A stretch of 64,000 nucleotides of DNA, from the NCBI GenBank assembly GCA_030647775.1, contig JAUSJC010000010.1:200718-264717 (forward strand), written 5' to 3'. The notes beneath the pieces were generated by a model. That model was not told the origin of the DNA and made no database searches. It saw only the letters and a program-made list of their open reading frames with translations. A program made the translations under genes and the position numbers. Source of the stretch: Candidatus Curtissbacteria bacterium (GTDB lineage: Bacteria > Patescibacteriota > Microgenomatia > Curtissbacterales > GWA2-41-24). Below are positions 58,466 through 64,000 of the stretch, in pieces. Within the stretch, counting starts at the first letter, position 1. The number at the start of each line of letters is the position of its first letter.

Positions 58466-61414
58466 ATGTTTGGAATATTCGAAAAATTTTTAGATTCAAA
58501 TGAAAAACAGGTTAAAAACCTTCAGCCGATTATAGATCGCGTCGCGGGAGAGTCCAAAAAAATCCAAAAGCTGACAGATGGGCAGTTAAAATCAAAAACC
58601 GCCCAGTTCAAACTCCGTCTTGAGCGGGGAGAGTCACTCAATGATATTTTGCCGGAAGCATTTGCCGTTGTCCGCGAAGCGGCAACTCGTACTTTAAATC
58701 TCCGCCATTACGATGTCCAGGTTCTTGCCGGTATTGTCCTGCATCAGGGTAAAATTGCCGAGCAAAAAACGGGTGAAGGAAAAACCCTTACCGCATCCCT
58801 CGCGCTCTATTTAAATTCCCTAACCGGCCGTGGCGTTCATCTGGCGACAGTCAACGATTATCTTGCCCGGGTTGGCTTGGGATGGATGGGTCCGATCTAC
58901 GAGGCACTGGGGGTCTCCGCCGGCTGTATTATGCAGGATGCCGCTTTTATCTATGACCAAAAATATACCGACAAAAAGCAAACCGATTGGCGTCTCCAAC
59001 ACCTTCGGCCGGTTGATAAAAAAGAAGCATATAAGGCCGATATTACTTACGGTACCAATAACGAATTTGGTTTTGATTACCTGCGTGACAATATGGTTTG
59101 GGATCTTGCCGACATGGCTCAAAGAAGCCACCACTTTGCCATTGTCGATGAAGCAGACTCTATTCTAATCGATGAAGCCCGCACCCCGCTTATTATTTCC
59201 GCTCCCCAAAACCAGGCCTCCGATAAATATTTCCAATTTGCCAAACTTGTGGGCGAACTTTCCAAAGATACCGATTATGTTATTGACGAAAAATTAAAAT
59301 CGGCAAGCTTAACCGAGCATGGTATCACCAAAGTCGAAAAGCGCTTAGGGGTCGAAAATCTATACGAAAAAGATTTCGGCACTATTCACCATATTGAACA
59401 AGCCCTTCGCGCCAGAACTCTTTTTCATAAAGATACGGATTACGTTGTTAAAGATAACGAAATTATAATTGTCGACGAGTTTACGGGCCGTCTGATGCCG
59501 GGCCGCCGCTGGTCGGAAGGTTTGCATCAGGCGATTGAAGCCAAAGAAGGGGTGAGTGTCCAGCAGGAATCGCAAACCCTAGCCACCGTTTCTTTCCAAA
59601 ATTATTTTCGCCTTTACGAAAAACTTGCCGGGATGACTGGAACGGCCGCGACCGAAGCCGAAGAATTTCACAAGATTTACAAAGTCGAAGTTATTGTCAT
59701 TCCGACAAACAAAGACATGGTCAGGAAAGACCATTCCGATATTGTCTACAAGACTGTCAAAGCAAAGTTTACAGCCGCAGCTGCCGATATCGCCGAGCAT
59801 CACCAAATCGGTCAGCCTGTTTTAATCGGTACTACTTCAATCGAGAAGAATGAATTTTTAGCCGAACTTTTAAAAAGAAAAGGCGTCCCTCATCAGATAT
59901 TAAACGCAAAGAACCACCAGCGTGAAGCCGAAATTATTTCCCAGGCCGGAAGACGCGGGTCAGTTACTCTGGCAACCAACATCGCCGGCCGCGGTGTCGA
60001 CATTATCCTTGGCGGCACTCCGCCGACCGATAGGCTGGGCAGACCAAGAACGACCGGTCCCCAGTTTAAAAAATGGCAAAAAGAACATGAAGAGGTTGTT
60101 TCTCTCGGCGGCCTTCACGTCGTCGGAACCGAAAGGCACGAGGCCAGAAGAATTGATAACCAGCTCCGTGGCCGTTCCGGCCGTCAGGGAGACCCGGGCT
60201 CAAGCCGCTTTTATGTTTCCTTGGAAGACGATATTATGCGCCTTTTTGGTGGCGACCAAATCGCCAAAATAATGACCGCCTTCAAACTCCCGGAAGATAC
60301 CCCGATTGAACACGGTATGGTGAGTAAGGCTATCGAGAATGCGCAGGTCAAAGTCGAAACCCATAACTTCGATATCCGCAAACACCTGGTCGAATACGAC
60401 GATGTCGCCAATAAACAAAGGGAAATTATCTATGGTATGCGCAAAGATGTGCTTCTGGCAGCCCAAGACAAGGAAATGGCCGCCAAGATGCGGGAAGAAG
60501 TTAAAGACAAGATCGGAAGAGAAGTTGAAAACATTGTCCTTGCCCAAACCGTAGAAGGCGCGTCGCCTGATATTGGAAAAATTCTCCAGGATTTTTCCCT
60601 CATCATTCCTTTTGACGAAACTTCCCAAAAAAAACTTTTGTCCGATGCGCCCGCCAATTCCGAAAGATTAATAGAGTTTTTAAAAGGGGTCACAAGCCAG
60701 GTTTATGAAAGCCGCGAAAAATCTCTCGGGGAAAAAGTCGCCCGCGATATCGAAAAGTTTACGACTCTTTCCGTTATCGATACCCTGTGGATTGAACATC
60801 TGGATAGTCTAGATGATCTGCGCGAAGGCATTGGCCTTCGGGCTGCCGGCCAGCGCGACCCGTTGGTTGAATATAAACAGGAAGCATTTAACCTCTTTGA
60901 AAAATTAGCCGGGTCAATCGATTACGAAATCGTCCATCGCATTTTTAAAGTCCAGGTCCGCCAGGAACCGGCCGTAGAAAAACAAGAGGAGAGAGGAATC
61001 GAAGTCCATGCTCAGCCCGAGCTGGTCAGTCAAGAGCCGGCAATTACTAGCCAGGAGCCGGCAGTCGATCCTCTAACCATGCCGGATGACGAGCTGGACC
61101 GCGAGATCGCCCGGCTCGAAAAAGAACAGGGGACTACCGGTCAACAAACGCCCGCGGAAAGCCAGTCATTCTCCAAAGACCCGAACGAGATGACCGATGA
61201 GGAACTCGACGCCGAGATCGCCAGGATGGAGGCTCTCAAAAAAGGGTCCGACCCTTCGAAACTTCAAGCATCAAGCCCTTTCTTAAAAGGGTCGGACCCT
61301 ATCAATAAGCCACTCCGGATTCAAAAAATTGGCAGAAACGATCCCTGTCCTTGTGGATCAGGACTCAAATGGAAAAAGTGCGGCTTGATTAACGCCCCCG
61401 AACATAAAGGATAA
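58466..61414 (+). CDS. secA: preprotein translocase ATPase SecA
   Basis: DEAD-like motor, PPXD, and a C-terminal Zn-binding CPCGSGLKWKKCG. The acidic tail carries an internal inverted repeat. Confidence 0.9.
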   Translation: MFGIFEKFLDSNEKQVKNLQPIIDRVAGESKKIQKLTDGQLKSKTAQFKLRLERGESLNDILPEAFAVVREAATRTLNLRHYDVQVLAGIVLHQGKIAEQKTGEGKTLTASLALYLNSLTGRGVHLATVNDYLARVGLGWMGPIYEALGVSAGCIMQDAAFIYDQKYTDKKQTDWRLQHLRPVDKKEAYKADITYGTNNEFGFDYLRDNMVWDLADMAQRSHHFAIVDEADSILIDEARTPLIISAPQNQASDKYFQFAKLVGELSKDTDYVIDEKLKSASLTEHGITKVEKRLGVENLYEKDFGTIHHIEQALRARTLFHKDTDYVVKDNEIIIVDEFTGRLMPGRRWSEGLHQAIEAKEGVSVQQESQTLATVSFQNYFRLYEKLAGMTGTAATEAEEFHKIYKVEVIVIPTNKDMVRKDHSDIVYKTVKAKFTAAAADIAEHHQIGQPVLIGTTSIEKNEFLAELLKRKGVPHQILNAKNHQREAEIISQAGRRGSVTLATNIAGRGVDIILGGTPPTDRLGRPRTTGPQFKKWQKEHEEVVSLGGLHVVGTERHEARRIDNQLRGRSGRQGDPGSSRFYVSLEDDIMRLFGGDQIAKIMTAFKLPEDTPIEHGMVSKAIENAQVKVETHNFDIRKHLVEYDDVANKQREIIYGMRKDVLLAAQDKEMAAKMREEVKDKIGREVENIVLAQTVEGASPDIGKILQDFSLIIPFDETSQKKLLSDAPANSERLIEFLKGVTSQVYESREKSLGEKVARDIEKFTTLSVIDTLWIEHLDSLDDLREGIGLRAAGQRDPLVEYKQEAFNLFEKLAGSIDYEIVHRIFKVQVRQEPAVEKQEERGIEVHAQPELVSQEPAITSQEPAVDPLTMPDDELDREIARLEKEQGTTGQQTPAESQSFSKDPNEMTDEELDAEIARMEALKKGSDPSKLQASSPFLKGSDPINKPLRIQKIGRNDPCPCGSGLKWKKCGLINAPEHKG

Positions 61415-61452
61415 ACCCCTAAGTTTTTGCTACAATTGCTCAAAGCAACCGG

Positions 61453-63000
61453 ATGAAAGAAAAAATTGTAATAACTCTCCTCGTGTTTTCGGCAGCCATA
61501 ATCAGGTTCCTACTAATTGCGCGTGATTCGGTTCCTTTTGCCTACGACATGGGTCGCGATCTCCTGTGGGCTAAGGATATAAGCTTCTATCACACCCCAA
61601 CGCTAATCGGTCCGGCCGCCAGCATTTGGGGAGTCTATTTCCAGCCGTTTTGGTATTACTTTCTATCGATCCCGCTTCTTTTGACAGGAGGCAACCCGCT
61701 TTCGGCGGTCTTCGCTACTGCCGCTATGGTTTTGTTAACCGGGTTTTTGGCCTTTATCTTATTTAAAAACTACCTCCCGAAGATCTATATTTTTACTCTT
61801 GCGGTTTTGCTTCTTTTTTCATCCAATTTAATCAATATCTCAACGTTTGCCTTCCATGCCAATCTTTTGCCCCTTTTAACTTTACTGACAACTTATTTTA
61901 TTTTCGCGTCAATTGTTAAAAATCCCCTGAACTTCTCACTCGCGGCGTTTTTTGTCAGCTTGATGTTTAGTGCCGATCCGGCACCTGCAGTGGCCTTTAC
62001 GATAGTTCTGGTTTTTTTCTTCTTTTTCCTTAAACTTTACAAATCGCGGGAAGCTATAAAAACTGCTGTTACTTCAGCCGTTTTTTACCTTATTCCGTTT
62101 ATTCCCCAAATTATCTTTGAGCTTCGAAATAACTTTATCCAAACGAAATCCCTGTTTGCCTACTTTAGCGGAAATAACCCATCCCTTTCGGGCCAACTGC
62201 CGCTTTTAGGAAGAATCCCAAACCGCCTGTCCGTCTATTTTGATTTTGTAAAAGCAAACTTCGCCCCTCAAAATATTTTGACGCTTACTCTAATAATTTT
62301 TACTATTTATGGCCTCTACAAATTTTCAAAATCAATCAGCAATCGACAATCAACGATCAACAATGCACTTCATACTCTATTTAGAATTAACCTTTATATT
62401 TTTATTATCACTTTTCTCATAAATACTTTTTTGGTAAATGTGGAAATAAAGAACTGGTATCTTTCGGGGCAAGCGGTCAATGCCGCTTTCTTAATTGTAT
62501 TTGCTCTTGTTGGAATAAGATCCAAAATCTTAACTTTACTTTTTTTAACAATTTTTCTGCTTGCAAATCTTTTGCCGGTTACCAGTTCCCATAAAATAGC
62601 GCGAGCGGCGGCAGATCCGGCCACACTTTCAAATCAGCTTAAAGTTATCGATACCATTTACGCAGATAAGACAGATCCTTTCTCCGTTTATGTTTATACC
62701 CCTTCGATCTATGATCTGAATTACCAGCACCTTTTCTGGTGGCAAGGGATCAAAAAAGGAAAAGGATTACCTGCCGACTTTGCCTATTTGCCGCAAGAGC
62801 CGGATTATGTCAGAAATAAATCAAAATACTTCGTAAGTTTGGGGTCATCAAACACGATTTATCTAATCATCGAAAATGCTCAAGAGAACCAATTTTATAC
62901 AAGTGCCGATTGGCAAACTAACTTTAACGAATATAAAATTGTCTGGGAGAAAAATATAAATGGGGCAATAAGAGTCCAAAAAAAGGTTAAGCAAAATTGA
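61453..63000 (+). CDS. large polytopic membrane protein, possibly a GT-C-type glycosyltransferase
   Basis: 515 aa, more than 10 TM helices. The family call is weak. Confidence 0.45.
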   Translation: MKEKIVITLLVFSAAIIRFLLIARDSVPFAYDMGRDLLWAKDISFYHTPTLIGPAASIWGVYFQPFWYYFLSIPLLLTGGNPLSAVFATAAMVLLTGFLAFILFKNYLPKIYIFTLAVLLLFSSNLINISTFAFHANLLPLLTLLTTYFIFASIVKNPLNFSLAAFFVSLMFSADPAPAVAFTIVLVFFFFFLKLYKSREAIKTAVTSAVFYLIPFIPQIIFELRNNFIQTKSLFAYFSGNNPSLSGQLPLLGRIPNRLSVYFDFVKANFAPQNILTLTLIIFTIYGLYKFSKSISNRQSTINNALHTLFRINLYIFIITFLINTFLVNVEIKNWYLSGQAVNAAFLIVFALVGIRSKILTLLFLTIFLLANLLPVTSSHKIARAAADPATLSNQLKVIDTIYADKTDPFSVYVYTPSIYDLNYQHLFWWQGIKKGKGLPADFAYLPQEPDYVRNKSKYFVSLGSSNTIYLIIENAQENQFYTSADWQTNFNEYKIVWEKNINGAIRVQKKVKQN

Positions 63001-63033
63001 CTTTTAGGCTCCTTTGCCTAATACTAGGTTCAT

Positions 63034-63729
63034 ATGTCTTTCTTGCCCCGAAAAGGTTTTAGTCACTTAGTCATCTTAATTCTTGTCGCGATTTTAGGTA
63101 CAGTCTTCTTTCTAAGCCCAATAAAAAAATACCTATATATGGCATATCAAAATGCCGGTATGGCTGTCGGCATCAATCTAAATAATATTGCTACCGCAAG
63201 CTATGTCAATTTCATCAAATCCCAAAGCGGCCAGTATGAAAACGCCAGTACCGCAATTTGGCTAAACCAAAAAATCGCTTACAATAATTTCTTGGCCGAA
63301 GGCCCTGAGCGAAGTCGAAGGGCCGACGCGAACGTTTTGGGTAATCAATCTCCCGCTGATCCCAATAAATGGATTGATATTAATTTATCTGAACAAAGAC
63401 TTTATATGAAGCAAGGTGCCAGCACCGTTGCTAGTTTTTTAGTTTCTACCGGTAAATGGGCGCCGACCCCGACAGGCACTTTTGCCATCTGGACAAAGTT
63501 AAGATATACCACAATGGCAGGTGGAAACCAGGCGCTCGGTACTTACTATAACCTTCCAAATGTCCCCTACGTAATGTACTTTTACCAGGGTTATGGAATG
63601 CACGGGGCTTATTGGCATAACAACTTTGGCCAGCGCATGAGTCACGGCTGTGTCAACATGAGGCCGGAAGAAGCCGGCATTGTCTTCAACTGGGCAGATG
63701 TCGGCACCCGCGTAGTTGTCCACGATTAA
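63034..63729 (+). CDS. L,D-transpeptidase (YkuD family)
   Basis: GYGMHGAYWHNNFGQRMSHGCVNM catalytic region. In-frame family A insert AEGPERSRRADA at 63301-63323. Confidence 0.75.
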   Translation: MSFLPRKGFSHLVILILVAILGTVFFLSPIKKYLYMAYQNAGMAVGINLNNIATASYVNFIKSQSGQYENASTAIWLNQKIAYNNFLAEGPERSRRADANVLGNQSPADPNKWIDINLSEQRLYMKQGASTVASFLVSTGKWAPTPTGTFAIWTKLRYTTMAGGNQALGTYYNLPNVPYVMYFYQGYGMHGAYWHNNFGQRMSHGCVNMRPEEAGIVFNWADVGTRVVVHD

Positions 63730-63740
63730 ATTTTAGATAA

Positions 63741-63892
63741 CCCTGAGTATACCGTCAGCTTTTCAGCTGAGGCGACCTGCTGATATGTCTTCCTCTCCGT
63801 TGGAGAACGACATATATCAGATTGTCCGGAGGACAAGGCTGATATATAATCCCCCTTAGATCCCGTTCACGGGATCGCATGGCACTGTATAT
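63741..63892. repeat. family A element, other palindromes and a family C module (GATCGCATGGCACTGTATATAATG) running into the next gene start
   Basis: ccctgagtataccgtcagcttttcagctgagg ... cccgttcacgggatcgcatggcactgtatataatggac. Confidence 0.5.
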
Positions 63893-64000
63893 AATGGACA
63901 ACCAGCAATTATTAACCAACCTTGAAGAAAGGTTTACAATCATCAAGAAAAATTTTGATGTCTCGGCCCGGCAAAAAAAGCTAAGGGAACTTGAGGCCCA
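63879..64000 (+). CDS. 5' end of a peptide chain release factor gene (RF2-like N-terminus); partial, and the start is uncertain (ATG at 63879 within the family C module, or ATG at 63894)
   Basis: MALYIMDNQQLLTNLEERFTIIKKNFDVSARQKKLRELEA is coiled-coil-like. The sequence runs off the window. Confidence 0.4.
   Translation, partial: MALYIMDNQQLLTNLEERFTIIKKNFDVSARQKKLRELEA

Noticed and set aside
314-63723. Numerous 60-140 aa ORFs in the six-frame track that overlap or are antisense to long genes (for example 314-523, 2253-2474, 10037-10276, 26310-26555, 40795-41316, 47475-47699)
   Set aside because: Each is embedded in, or antisense to, a strongly supported conserved gene. They lack RBS and start context and have biased, low-complexity translations typical of out-of-frame reading.
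1-64000. Transposases, integrases, reverse transcriptases or prophage genes that could account for the repeats
   Set aside because: No DDE/HUH/tyrosine-recombinase or RT motifs appear in any of the six frames. Any mobilising enzyme must be encoded elsewhere in the genome.

Overview
This 64 kb window is a gene-dense, mostly housekeeping stretch from a small-genome bacterium. It uses the standard genetic code, because TGA terminates several well-supported genes.

Gene content and the abundance of small secreted or membrane hypothetical proteins suggest a CPR/Patescibacteria-like organism; that lineage call is inference. Recognisable genes include thermonuclease, YifB/ComM, SecD/SecF, CCA-adding enzyme, RecJ, Asp/Asn-type tRNA synthetase, DD-carboxypeptidase, GltX, CysS, two GreA paralogues, tRNA-Gln and tRNA-Glu, NrdR with a B12-dependent class II ribonucleotide reductase (NrdJ), peptidase S51, CspA, a PduO-type cobalamin adenosyltransferase, Lgt, Lon, membrane pyrophosphatase, a HisG-like protein, LysS, SerS, SecA, an L,D-transpeptidase and the start of a release-factor gene.

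One roughly 10 kb single-strand operon encodes copper and thiol-redox homeostasis: CsoR, a DUF1573 protein, two DsbD_2/CcdA-like transporters, a YHS protein, a redoxin and a P1B-type Cu-ATPase, interleaved with unknown membrane and secreted proteins.

The features I rate most worth a second look are:
- Several families of short palindromic repeats are scattered between genes. They are also inserted in-frame inside essential genes (nrdJ, cysS, gltX, cca, the pduO-like gene, copA, the ldt gene, and the lon and lysS C-termini). At yifB the 3' end is duplicated on both sides of an element, as if by target duplication.
- A low-GC gene (29704..31182) is translationally coupled to peptidase S51. It encodes a 492 aa protein with an R-x4-H HEPN-like motif and an embedded zinc ribbon, and is a candidate novel nuclease or abortive-infection-type effector.
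- tRNA-Gln is followed by two tandem mini GIY-YIG nuclease genes. Each is fused downstream of a partial copy of the tRNA-Gln 5' half, and the second carries an in-frame TGA.
- A tRNA-like pseudo-element sits next to tRNA-Glu.
- A promoter-duplicated 400 bp non-coding block lies between the hisG-like gene and greA.
- An unknown two-gene cassette, one gene HExxH-bearing, lies between greA and lysS.

No CRISPR array, transposase, integrase or reverse transcriptase is visible. All GC and repeat statements are by-eye estimates, not computed values.
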